Source: Chlorokybus atmophyticus
Taxonomy: Eukaryota > Plantae > Mesostigma and Chlorokybus algae
Direction: 5' to 3'
DNA: 64,000 nt
Assembly: GCA_009103225.1 (NCBI GenBank)
Contig: RHPI01002438.1
Span: 366,750 to 430,749 of the forward strand
Of the stretch, positions 35,801-48,699 are shown piece by piece; position 1 is the stretch's first letter; every line of letters begins with the position of its first letter. The position numbers and the translations under genes are program-made. The notes below the pieces were generated by a model. The model was not told where the DNA came from. It saw nothing but the letters and a program-made list of their open reading frames with translations, and did not search any database.

Positions 35801-38800
35801 TGCTTAAGCTTGGACAGCTTGTACTGCCGTCTGAACACCTGTTGAACAAAGGAATTCCTTGTCAACGAGGTTGATGTCCATCTCGTACACACTGCATTTG
35901 CCTAAGTTATTGACGCTAAACCTGAACTGCGCCCTCCACTTGTCTAGCAGCGACTTGAGCTGCTTGCGGACGTCGCCTGTGGCGAGAGGGCCTAGCGCGT
36001 GTTCTCATGAGGTGGCGTTGGCTTTGACTGGGATGTTCTCTACTGTCATTGCATTTCTGCTCTTCCATGCGTGCTGTTTTCGACGCTGTGTAGGCCGCCG
36101 CCGCGTGCTGCGGGCAATCAACCCACCCCCCAATCGTGTGATCCATGTGATCCATTCTTGAGGTTCACATGACAGTCTTGTATAGCGAAGCAGAGCTCCA
36201 ACAACCAGACCATACTGCTTGATCCATAGCGCGGCGGAGGAGTGCGCATTGTTGGCGCTCCGTTAGTTTTGCACCAGTCACACTGCCAGCAAAAAAAAAC
36301 TATCGCGCGCTCGCGCTCGCGAGCGTTTGGCTCGTCCAGGCTAGCAGTGGTGCTATTGAACACCATGCCGTCACCTCTGTGACGGAAAGCGTACGAGCCA
36401 GGATTTGCGACCATGACAGCCGCAGCAACAACGCAGCTACGAGGACGCGTGCCTCGCTGCTGTGTGGGCTATCTCCTTCTTTAGGCCATTCCTGTTTAGT
36501 CAATAGTTCTGGCTTATCACCGATTATCAGCCTCTTAGCTGACTGATGACCAATCAGCATCTCACTGGCAAGCTTACGCGTTGGGCACTACTCATGCAGG
36601 AGAACAACTTCGAGATCAATTGCCGCGCCGGCCTTGCCAACTTGAACGCAGACGGACTCAGTCGCAAACCCCACATCTCCACCGACGACGCTACGAGGCG
36701 CAACACGAGCTTGGGCCTCCAGCCCCTTCGCCTCGGGTGAGCACAATGTTTGCCGTAGCTGCGCTGCAATCAGGCCGCACCACTGCCACTAGCAATGCCA
36801 TTGACCCAGACATGCCTGCGCTGGAGCCTGCTCCGAAGGTGATTGATAAGGGGGAGGGTCAACGACCTCAATCTCCCTCCCACGGACCTGAGGTAGGACA
36901 TCTGGCTCGACGTCAACTCCTTGGCCTTCCTACAACAAGGACAACTATCGGCAGGATTCAACGCACGTGAGCGCAATCGGGTCAACCAGCGTACCAAGTA
37001 TTACCACTGGTAGGACACACGTCTCCTGCGTCGCATTCGTATCGAAAACAAGGAGGTGCCCGTGCTACACTTGTGCAAGGGCAACATCGCCGCCCACTAG
37101 ACTGAACTGGGCCAATTTTATGTCAAGCGCACCATCAGCTTGGTGCGAGCGCAATACTGGTGGCACGGCATGTGCACACAAGTCCACGCATACATGGGTA
37201 ATCACTCCCACTGCGACCTCGTGTGCACCAGTCTCAACACTCGCAGTGCCACCTTGCACCCACTGCCTATCGCAAGAATGTTCTACCGCAGGGGCTTGGA
37301 CATCGTCGGAAATCTCTCGCCCTCCGCTCGCGGGAACACGTACAACCTGGTTATGACCGAGCACTTTTCCAAGTGGATAGAATTGGTGCCACTGTTAAAT
37401 AAAAGCCGCAGGGGAGTAAGTTGTGCCTGCTTAGACCATGTCCTCAGTCGCTTTGGCTCATGTGCCGAGGTCGTCATAGATCAAGGCACCAATTGTTTTT
37501 TAAGCCTTTTGAGGAGGGTTTGACGAGCTCCTCAACCACGCCTACATCAACCACCATCGCAACAGACGCGACCACCCACAGGCGGATGGTTGGCTGAACA
37601 AGCTGTCCACACTTTAAATAAGGCACTCAGGAAGTATGTCATCGATTACGGCAAGCGTACCTGGGACAACCACCTGCCCTGGGTGGCCCTCAGTTATCGC
37701 TTGTTCAAGCAGGCGGCCCTTAACAAATACAGCCCGTATCAGTTGCTATTTGGACGTGAACCACTTCTGTCCTTCTGTGCACAGCAGAAGGCCGCACGGG
37801 TGCTAGACAACCTCGAGAACCCTGACTAAATGCATTATGACATGAAGGCCCGCGCTTCTCTCTTCAGCCACCTGGTCCTTATGGCCATGAACAATACGCG
37901 CATCGCCCAGCACCGCGACAACCTAAGTTACGAGCGTGTCCGCAGCGGTTTTTACAAGGAGCGCGGTCGGCGCTTCGAGGCCGGAAACTTCGTCTACCGG
38001 ATGGCCCGCACGCAGGCCACCCTGGACATCAGTGTGCACCGCGTTGTCTACAAGGTGCTGAAGGTGCATCCTTTAGGTGTGCCCGACCTCTTTGACGACG
38101 ACGGCGAGCGCTTCTAGAACAACCTCACCAACTGCGCACCCGGGGTCCAAGATGTCGTTTACTAGTATGTTTGGCGGGCTGAGAAAGTCCTTAGCCGCCA
38201 TCAACTCCTCCATAGTGGCAAGGTTCGTCCACTTGGCGCGTATGCGAGCCGTGCCTAGCAGCGTGCACCTTGACCGGGTCTCCAAGCAGGGAACAGATGA
38301 CGCGGTATTTGTGCCGCACCGAAGCGCACTTGTTGTCCTCAGAGTGCACATTTCCGATGACGTATGATAATGGCCTCGAAATTTGCAAACCGTTGCATGG
38401 AGGACACGCAATAGCTTCAAAACAAGGTTGGAACGGGGGTCTTGCAGGCCTTTTCCAGAGCCCATGCGAGAATGTCCTCTACACTCCCACCCTGCCACCA
38501 GCAAGTCCGCGTTACCCAAGGTCAGCAGGTGGTCTTCCGAGATCGAATTAATCTTTGTGGTAAGGCTTCTAAGCTGCCTTGCAGCGCTAATGGCGGTGGC
38601 TGTTAGGGATAATGTGTTTGCAATTTACGTAAGTAGTGTTGGACTGCTGCCTGAGCTGTGGGGTCCGAGGCGCAGTCGTGATAGTAATTGACAGTCACAT
38701 CCGTGTTGAGTATAGCTGCCAACCCACTTCCGCCGCCGCCGAAAAGCTCCCCCATCATGATGCCCTGTTTGCGCATGAAAGTGTGAAACTCGACAACCCT

Positions 38801-39375
38801 TTGTGCCACGCGATATTGGTCGGCCACATCAGCAGTTTGCTGGTACGGCGGCAAGCGTGTTACCACTGGCTTGTGATGCATCAGCACATGTGCATTGATT
38901 ATGGCGTTGGTGCGCCGCTTAGCGGGGTCTTGCAGTGCCGCCTCTATTGTGCTGCGCTTGGGATCGCTGACGGAGGCAGGTGGAGAAGACTCGGCAATCA
39001 TAGCCACAACTGCTTAGCGGTGGAGAGCGTGTTCCCACCACGAAGGTTGCTGGCAGCTCATCACGTTCGCTTGCGCTAGTGCGCAAGTGCGGGCGGAAAC
39101 AGACTTGTGCAGTCCAGCTGCTAATCTCGATGCCAACTACATACGACCATTCCTGACCCAAAATTAGGTTGTAGTTGCGAGAGTCTAACACTACACACCT
39201 GACTGCGTAGTTAGTGGTGTGCGAGGGGTTGAGGCCAACCAGAATGATGGAGATGGCCCGCTTGGTGACGCTGAGCGCCTTCTGTGCGGTGTCAATCACT
39301 ATGTTGAGCGTGTATGGGCAAGGATCCAGGTCGGCAGCGGTTATGTTCAGCGAGCGCGCGCCATGTACTTGCCGA
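32848..39375 (-). mobile_element. Ty3/Gypsy retrotransposon encoding a DNA methyltransferase (PR-DNMT-RT-RH-INT-PHD), decayed and rearranged
   Basis: Protease half (YNLILG) about 39100-39300; DNMT ELFGGGGSG (38723-38749), AGWECRGHS (38469-38495), RAKWTNL, GSYAFR...EPNARERERA (36300-36410); RT CGDYRPLN, KVMPFG, CYIDDILIFS; RNase H LTRWALLMQE; integrase; PHD about 32900-33070. Confidence 0.9.
36413..38140 (+). repeat. 1728-bp inverted duplicate of 33136-34863 (RNase H tail + integrase)
   Basis: Mirror-image ORFs in the track and near-identical sequence with at least 3 substitutions. Confidence 0.95.
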
Positions 39376-39395
39376 TGATGATTGGCTGTGCTTGA

Positions 39396-42300
39396 GTGTC
39401 CTGCAAAATGCGCTTTGGTGCTTTGCCGTCAATGAGGACGTCAGCGCACTCCCCCTCAACCGCTAATCAAGTACATGCGGAGCAAGTTGATGGTGATGGT
39501 GATGGTGATGCCGTAGACCAAGACTCCGATACCGATGTAGAGTCGCAGCAGTATGACACTGATGGTGATGACGATGCAATGCTGCTTGACAAGGTGAATG
39601 CTGCGCTGTTGGACAATGCAAGCAACCCTATCGTTGCCGGCTCTCGTACAACCCCTTTGTGCATTTCCATGCTGCTATTGGTTCTCGCTCAGCTACATCG
39701 AATACCCTTCAACTTCATGAACAAACTGCTAAGGTTGGTGGACAAGAGGTTCGCAAAATTATACAAAACACATTCTGCAAAGACATCAATGTCCAATTTT
39801 CAATTGAACTTGACTTTGTGTGCCAGGTTGGTGCGTGATGTTGTTTTGCCCAAGGAGAATCAGATGCCAGGCAGCATGCAAGAGCTTCTGAAATGCCTTG
39901 CAAGCCTCAACATGGGCTTCCACGCGTATGACGCCTGTTGGTGTGACCACATGGTGTATTATGGCCGACATGCCAACAGGAAATTCTGCAAAGGTCAGCT
40001 ATTGTAGCATTTCTTGTGTGATTGAGTTGTCATAGGATCACCTGTCAGCATGCAAACTTCCTATGGCCTGCAGTCTGCAAAACTCCTCGCCACCGCAACA
40101 TTAGAGGTCAACAAGTTCCTTGGAAGATTGCACGTTACTTTGACGTGCCTGCTACTCTGAGGTCTCTTTACCTAAAGCCTAGTGTCGCTTTGGAGATGAC
40201 AGCGCACACCAATCGCAATGAGGATGGGGTTACACGATCCATATACGGTATGTATATGGCAGTGTGGATTGACAAGTTGATGCCCAATGCAGCCTGAATT
40301 CTTATATGTTTACTATTATTCATGTGGTTGCTGCTGTCAGACTCGCCAATGTTCAACCATACAGAAGAACGTTACATCCGGTTTATCAAAGAACCGCATA
40401 ATGTGCGGCTGGCAATGTTTATTGACGGGATGAGCCCTTTCAAAGATCCGCACAAAGGTAGTGATTGTGCCTTTTATCTGTGCTGTCATTGCAGTGTGTA
40501 AATTCACAGTTGGCATTGATCGAGGTGTTTGTGGACTTGCAGGGAATTATGAATTTTGGCTTGTCACAATCTCTGTGCTGAACCTGCCCATTGCCAAAAT
40601 GCACAAGACCGACACTACCTTTCTAGCTGCGGTAATACCTGGTCCCAAACAGCTAGAGAATCTACAGGCCTATCTCAAGCCAATCATTGACCAGTTGGGA
40701 ACCCTTTGGGAAGGTATGGTTTCAATGTAGTTTGAACAAGCCAGCTCTCGATACATAAGACATGCTCTCAAACTGCTCTGGACTAGAATGTGTAGGGCAT
40801 CTCAGCTGCTGGTGTTTGTTGTAGGCATCGACATATATGCACAGCCACCGCGACGAAGTTTTCCGGTGCAGATCTATCTTGGAGATTGTAATTCATGATT
40901 ACCCAGGTACGCAAGCAGCAAGTGTTGGCCATCAGTGTCTATCAATGTACTATCTGACTGGTATGGCAACCATGTTTGCCTTCTTTGAAATATGTAATGA
41001 TGGTTGCGCAGCTCTGGCAAAAGCAGCCATGCAGATGGCTCATGGAGCCATCTTTGGCTGTTCCAAATGCGAGTGCAGTGGAGAACATGTGAAACTCCTC
41101 AAAAAGGTAATTTATCAAGGCTATCGCCGGTACTTACCAGATGACCATCCCTACCGAGTTGATGAGCGTTGGCCCCAACCAGAACACAGACCTCCACCTC
41201 CCATGCGGACTGCAGAAAGTGTGTATCGGTGAGCAACCAATCAATTGACATAGATGAACGTAGCTATGTCAATCAAGCTTCACCAATGGATGCCATGTGA
41301 TCAGGTACGCCATGACATCCCGCAACAGCAAGCGACCACTTCACTCCGAGAAACATCCTTCAAAGTCCTCCGGAATCCTTGGCCTAAGCTGTTTTCACGA
41401 CCTTCCCTATTAGATGCCTTTACAGAAATCTGTAAAAGGTCATGTAGTTGGCCCTATGCACATTTTTGCCAATCTCGCAACCAATTTGGCCAATCTGCTT
41501 GCTGGATTGCGCGACAGCAATGAGACTCGAGAAGATCTGCAACAGCAAGGTCGTATGCCAAAACTTTGGCTACAGGTATTGCAGGCTTATGCGACACTTG
41601 TGATGACTGCCTGCCAACTCGTGTGACTTTGTGATGATGCATTGCAGACAGAGATGATGGCGAAAAACGGTGAAGCTGCAGTTAAGGTCAAACCTCAGGC
41701 TCCATGAGCAATCACGGATGCAGGGCTGGTTGAGCAATTACTCTCAGGCGTGAGGGTTCCAAGCACTTTCGGCTCTAAGCTGCAATCTTTCACCAAGCAT
41801 TTGAGTGAGACAACCACCATGGTTCTCAACTGCGTGCAAATCAACTCAGTGTCCTTGCATTGCACATTGTGTCTACTTAACAATCTGATGTAGTGAGCAC
41901 ACATGCTCGATGAAATCGCACGACAAGCACGACTTGTGGTCCATTATTTTCCAGTACGTGCTGCGCTCTGCTCATGACATTGGAGAAGAACAGAAGAAAA
42001 CAATCCTCACACTCTGCGACATCTATCAGCGGCTGACTGCACTGGAAGTGAAGCAGTCACACCTTGAAGAACTGCAGGTTAGGGCTGTAACTATACCTTC
42101 CATGTGTATGCTTAGCTTCTACAGGTTGCATGACTTGCATTATACATCGCAGGTGCTGGTGCATGAGGCACAGTCTGAGGTGGAGCTGTTCTTCCCGCGG
42201 ACTTCGCTCACAATGATGCTGCACCTCCTTGGCCATCTACAAGAGCAATGCATGTGGCTTGGTCCGGTGCGCGATCACTGGGAGTGGGCCGACGAACGAT

Positions 42301-43400
42301 TTATGCAGTGGGTGAAGCGCATGATTTTTGCCAGGCAGCATGTGGAAGCAAGCATTTGCAAAAGGCAAGTCTGGCCCAACTAAAAGTTGCATGCAACCTT
42401 TTTCGTACTCTCGTTCTTTAACTTGTGTTGAATGCAAGTTACGTCTGCAGATACTCCATCCAGCTCATGTTGAACACTTACATGGACACCTTGAAGAGGC
42501 TTTTCGTCGGCATCAGTCTGCGATCGGGCAAGGAGCGAGATGATGATGACTATGTCCTCTGCGGGCGCAGGCACCGTGTTGAGTATGAGAAAGATAGCAA
42601 GATCAGGCAGGAGCTGGAGTGGTGGTTGGCCGAAAATGACGATGAGTACAGGCAGCTAAAAGAGTAAGTTGCTTTAACAATCGTTGTTTGGTACGCAATG
42701 TCCCCTGCATATTATGAGTCCACAATGGGTTGGTAAACAGAGAATTCAGTCGGGCTGTTCAAAAACGGCGGAAGACACGCGAAAGGGCCCAAGCACAAGG
42801 GAATATCGTGACCAGTGACATGGAGCACATGACTGAGCTGCATCATTGACGTGGACCTGATAGGGAGCTTACAAAACACGAGATGGAGCTGTTGAGTGGT
42901 CCCATTTTTTTAAAGTACATCATGAGGTACTACAGAGCGCGCTACAAGGACATTGGCCAGTTCAGAGTAGAGGACACTGAGAAGAAGCTCCGCACTATGG
43001 ACTGCGGAGTGTTTACCGTTGAGCGTGACTCAAATGACCCAACCAAGAAGATCCACTGGTATGACAGGGTGCAGTCTTTTGATGTTGTCGTGGTAGCCGG
43101 TTGGGAGCACCAGCTCCTCAGAGCGAGGTGGTACATGAGCAACCAGGTGCAGCACGTGGGAGGCTTTGCAATCCTGAGGAAAGACAAGCCCCGCTTTGCA
43201 GAACAAACCTACCTTGATTGCAACCTAGTAAGTAGGTGTGTTGCAGCGGTTTTTGCGAGTTGATGGTAGAGTGAAATTGGGTGATACATGTCCTTACTGG
43301 CAGGTCAAGGGCCAGTGGTTTGAGGGTATTGACCCGTATGATACCAAAATAACAGTAGCGCTTGTCAAAGACAGGCGAAGCCTCATGCGCCGAGGTGTGC
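39396..43400 (+). pseudogene. EnSpm transposase (multi-exon)
   Basis: ISVLNLP...FLAAVIPGPKQLENLQAYLKPIIDQLGTLWEG; HGAIFGCSKC...YQGYRRYLPDDHPYR; MKSHDKH; FFPRTSLTMMLHLLGHL..ERFMQWVKR; DCGV...WYDRVQ. Confidence 0.9.
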
Positions 43401-43639
43401 ACCGCGACACTCCGGTGAGAGCGAATTTGTTTGTGAGAATCTGGGTGTCCTCATGGTTCCCGGGTCTTGGCATCACATACAACCATCTTGTGTACATGCA
43501 TATGGTGCAGGGTGACCACAGCGAAACCAACAGCGCTTCGAGCGAGGTGTCATGGACCACACGCCGTGACTGGCATTTTGTACATGAGGTACTCTTTGCT
43601 ATTGTGATGCTGCATATACCTACTGTTATGTGATTGCAG

Positions 43640-44190
43640 ATTCGGGCACCTGACCTTGGTTTGCAAGATGAGACCGGGGCTAAAGCTGGATGCATTGGAG
43701 AATCGTGAACACGAAGACTACTGCTTTGTCTGCAAGGATGGCGGTAGCATATTCGGCTGTGATGCAGAAGGCTGCTGGAAGAGCTACCACGCACGCTGCG
43801 TCACTGTACCACCTGTGGAAGATGACCATTGGGCATGTCCAAGGCACAAGTAAGCTTCAGTATCCAGTGAATGCATGGTGTTTGAAGTCGACAAGTTCTT
43901 AAATGATTACTGGAATGCAAGTGCCATGTGCACAGATGCAATGAACCAGCTCGACAAGTATGCGCGACATGCCCAAACAGCCTCTGTCAACGTCATGCTG
44001 TTGGTAACATCTTTGCGGTCACATGCTCGCAATGCGCTGCGTACGAAGAAGGTGGGGCTCCGGCACAGCTTCCAAGGGATAGCCTCGCGCGTCGTTCTCT
44101 GCCGGGCAGCAGCGGTAGGGTTTCACAACCACCGACTGAGAGCGTGGGTAAAAGCTTTGTTCAAGAGTGCGGGGATGAGGATATGAGTGG
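43640..44190 (+). pseudogene. NSD-like PHD finger + C5HCH module
   Basis: EDYCFVCKDGGSIFGCDAEGCWKSYHARCV...WACPRH followed by C...CNEPARQVCATCPNSLCQRH. Confidence 0.85.
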
Positions 44191-44266
44191 TAAGCAGCAA
44201 CGTGCTGGCGCTTCTTGGTTTGCGTTGCGGCGCTTATTGCATAATCCTACCTTTTTACGCTGCAGA

Positions 44267-45320
44267 GCCAGTCCCGATGGAACTTGATGATGAGGATGCC
44301 AACGGAGAACGTCGCCAGCACCCAAGTCAGGGAACCACGACGGCTGCAGCAGTTGTGGACCTCGTGGACAGCGATGATGACATCATGGTGCTGGACGGGC
44401 CGGGTGCTGAAGTTGAGGCGTCAACACCTGTGCCCCTGTTCATTTACCCTAGTGCAAATGCACGTGATGCGGTGCCAGTGTTTGAAGCGGACAGAAAGTT
44501 GCTGGACGGCAGATGGAAGCCCAACGACACCGTGCTCCACTTCTTTTGCAGGTATGAGCCTTGCGTTGTTGGTGTTGTGCAGCTGTGTCATGTATGTGTC
44601 GCTCACGCGCAGATATAAGAAAGAGAAGGTCGTGGGCAGAGCTGACGGCATTCATGTGAGGCTGTTCAACCCGCACTTCTACACCAAGATTGTGCATTGC
44701 CATGAACAACATAACTGGCACAGTGGCACTCACAGGATAGATAGGTGGGAGAACGATCCGTTTTCCAAGAACTTGCTGGCAGCAATTGTCAACCCAGACA
44801 GCTGGTGAGAGTGAAGCCAAGTTCTCGCACTGCAGTGATGCTGTACTTGCTTGCATGGATTCACTTTGAAGTCTGCATGCCACAGGACTCACTAGAGTTT
44901 GCTGCTGGTGTGCAATCCTGGAGGGGAACTTGGAAGCAACACGCCACCCTTGATCATCCATCTCGACTCCCTTGGTCTACATCGCAACGTCGACGGACCA
45001 ATGCGCGCTTATCTAAACTATATGTGGGGCAGGAAGCATGGAAGTGAGTCGCAACAGCGTCTCTCCCGCAAACGTCCCGCTACTTGATCCACAGGTAGGA
45101 CATGTTGTTCTGGTATGAGGTCACGCCCTCTCCTGGCACAATCCCTATGTTGATGCACATACGGTTGGTTCGCCCGCATTGACATAGCGTGTTCGTGCAG
45201 GTCCCTCAGCAGAGGGATGGAGTTGCGTGCGGGCTGTTTGTCATGGTTTACCTTGACAAGTTTATAGATGGGATACAAGCTGGTCCAATCGAGCAAAACG
45301 CCCCAATATTTCAGCAGGTA
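44267..45320 (+). pseudogene. ULP1/C48 SUMO protease domain
   Basis: FIYP..DAVPV...NDTVLHF; FNPHFYTKI; H*SLLLVC (TGG>TAG in HWS); IIHLDSL; VPQQRDGVACGLFV. A SIM-like VVDLVDSDDD lies upstream. Confidence 0.85.
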
Positions 45321-46177
45321 CAGCTCATGCATTGGAATGTCTCCATATGCAGCTGTCTTAGTGCAAAGTCGTGTAGGTTGACATGTGCTGAGCAACCAGA
45401 TGGTGTGGGTGTGTGCAACGCAGATGCAAAAGGATTGGTTTCGTCCAAAAGAGGCAGACAGCTTAAGGAGACGACTGCGAACACTCATGGACAGCATGCC
45501 AGCACAGCAAACGCCACGGCGGATGTGAAATAGCAGGCGGTTGGTACATAGCTAAGTTGTAGTCAAAAGCACAATTCCATTGGCCAGCTGTGTAATAGTA
45601 GCCCAAGCTAACTTTGTGCTTAATAGAATTTATGTAATAGAATTTAGAATGCAAGCCATTAGCATGCTTGCCTTTTCAATGGCACTTGGGACTTGGTGTA
45701 ATTTCACAGCGGCAGTTTTGTCAAGTGGTGTTGAACATTTAATGGCACTTGGCACTTGGTGTATTTCATGCTATATGTTCCGTGAATATGACGGTGACTA
45801 TGCAATGGTATTTAGGACTTATGGTTTTCGCGGCAAGCCGTAGCCAGCACCACACAAGCTGGGTGATTATTCTGGTGTTTGAGCACTGACAATTCATTGT
45901 ACCATATCGTTCATCAAGTACAACTTGACTGACCTTGAATATGCACGAAATACTCAGAAATTTAAAGTGTACGGGTTGAAACGAGGTTCAGTGGTATGTA
46001 CGTTGAATATGAATGCGTCTTGCGGGTGAAGAACGCTGTTCCTTTTGGCAGGGATGGGACAGAAGGTAATAACCATTGGATATTCACGGACAAAAGGCGT
46101 GAAACGGATCAAGTCATTAATATTCAGACGAAATGGCGTGAATAATCAGGACTCGGGGGGTCCCAAAATTACCAGTG

Positions 46178-47600
46178 TGGGAGGTGCTTCGGCCAGCTCA
46201 TACTTGACATGAGATGCGTCCGGATTAAAGACGCCGCTTGCGAACAAGAGACATGGCCACCTGCAGATCCTAAAGATGGCCACTCGAGCTTTCGCACGTA
46301 TGTCATGATCTCGTGGTTTAAATAAAACAAACATTTGTACATTGCACGAGCTGTTGTCTGATGCAACTGTTGCAGGTGAGTTTCTCGACTTTGCTGATGC
46401 TATCCGCGCAAAAGCAAAGCAGCATCAGACAGAGCAAGAGTACACTCTGCCATCAACAGTGCCGCAGCGATAGGCAGAGATGCAACGAGCACTCGACCGC
46501 CTAACAGACAGCCACGCAAGCATTGTTGACGATCTTCGCAGGTTCATTAACACATCAAGGGTATGATTGTGTGAATTGCTGTGACATTGTCTATGACCAA
46601 ACGACAATTCAACTCAAGACACCATGTTGCTGTGCACATTGCAGAACCGCGCCGGTCCCTCGTCCGCGGAAGTTGACAATGAAGATTGTGCAAGAGCTGC
46701 GCAGGAGGTGGCTGATCGATTGAACATCACACCGCGTGGTCAACAACCCGCACCGATCGATGGTGCTGGGCCAAGTTCACGGCGTGAGCTGTTTGAGATA
46801 TGGACGAGCTTTTGCGGTAATTGCGGCAAACCGGTGTCTATGGCGTTCTGCATGAGCTGCGGGCGGCCATAATGTACGTCGTGTTGCAAATGATGTGCAT
46901 CATGTGCTGCATGATAGACATCCACATTGCGCGAGCTATGCGATGATGTGTTCAGGTAGTCAGGATGCGCCTGTCAGGTCTGCAAAATGCAACACATCCG
47001 CGCAAGAAGATGAGTCGGCTCCGAGTACATCTAGATCAGTCAAGCCAATCACCGAGCATGAACGCGATCTATACATGTTCAAGCGTGATGTGGGTTGTGT
47101 TCGAGGTATGTGTCCAAGTTTAAATCGGTTGAGCACTGCATCAAGATATTCGCTGCGTTCACAGCGCGTGTGTGATTGTTGACAAGTTGGTTATAATGAA
47201 TGTGTGGCGCGAGTTCATGTACTCGGGCCCGCAAGGCAAGTTGGCAGTGCTTAAACCGATGGCAAAATGAGGGCAAGAAAACATTTTTTTGAGGAACGGA
47301 ACAGCAGTATGGCAACGCAACCGCATCAACATCCGAAACGGCAGGTTGGCATGCATCAAAGAACATCCATTGTCATGTTTATGATGTACTGCATGCACTT
47401 GTCAATTGTGTGTTGTGCTCTATGAGGCGCTAACATGCATCATTTTATGACAGAAATAAGCCCATCAATTTTTAGTTAGTATATCGCATTGAGCACGACA
47501 GTAGTCACTTGAGCAAAGCTAAAAAAGAGGAGCGTGCATTAAGCGAGCTGCAAGAGGTGATGCGCATGCTGGCGCTTGCGAGAAAGCTCAATCGGGATTA
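46178..47600 (+). pseudogene. Decayed multi-exon gene with a double zinc ribbon (CGNCG...CMSCG)
   Basis: GT-AG exon-like segments with an in-frame TAG. No family assigned. Confidence 0.35.
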
Positions 47601-48699
47601 GTGCACAGTGGATGCGTTGGCTAAACGGTGCAAGAGTGAGGGCACCTGGAAGATAATACTAAGCATGTACCTGAAAAATCAATATAACGGATGTGGTATG
47701 CTAGACAGCGATGGTAAAGCATGTGCGCGCGCGTGCGCCACTTTCGCAGGATAGTGGCAAAAGGGCAGTAACGGAGGCCAAGTTGAAGGAGTACGTTGTT
47801 AGCGCCGCCAGTGACCTTGCCGCACCAGATCATGTTGTCGCTGAGGCTCGGCATGCACATGAACGCGGCAAACAGAGTCGCGCGGTTTAAAATGGTGTGC
47901 ATGTCAGTTTAATGAGGACAGACCTCCAGCATGAGTAGTTTGCTACATGTTGTGTATCTGAAAGTGCGTGGATGTGCAACTTAATGATTGAGACAAGCGC
48001 CATCATAAGTACTCCTGTGCTCATGTGGCTAATACTGATATGCTTGCTCGTCGCGCTTGCATCATGCATGCGTAGTTGCACTTGTTTTTGTCGTACGCAC
48101 AAAATGGCATTAAGTTGATAGTTTAAGCGCATGCACCAATTTGTCAATGGTTGTAACACCGTGCCACCAGGGCACAGGCTTTTCAACTGTCATGCATTTA
48201 TACAAAAGTACATGACTTATGCACATCATGCATGGCCTTGGATCATTCACATATCGACCATACATGGACCATGTTTACAAGTCCGCATTTATGGTGCAGC
48301 TTGTGGCAAACCTTGGAGCTTCAAGAATGGTGTCAACCTCACATGGCAGCTCTTATTTAACTCCCACACCTCTTACACAAATAACCCACCCATTATAGGG
48401 CAGGGGAAGGCCCGTTTAACACCAAGCACACCACACTCAATAGGTGGAAGAACCTTGCTAACGCTCAGCCAAGGTGAGCACAACAAGGCCAGCGCCATCC
48501 TCAACGTGTACAACAACAACTCCCTCTGCTCTAAGCATGCCAACCCCTTGAGGCCGCTCACATGCAGTCTAGCTGACGTAGTTGTTCAGATCCACTTGCA
48601 AATGCCTTCCCACTTGCCCGCACAATCCCTCAAGGGGCATAGCCCCTTGAGAACGTGTGCTGACCATACAATACATGTCCCGCGTACTGCTCAGTGCTT

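Larger units (their letters stand above)
39376..46177 (+). mobile_element. EnSpm/CACTA DNA transposon (5' truncated) with transposase, PHD and ULP1 domains
   Basis: Transposase motifs below; terminus reads CACTGGTAATTTTGGGACCCCCCGAGTCC on the reverse strand at 46177, with GAATAT/ATATTCA subterminal repeats at 45780-46150. Confidence 0.9.
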
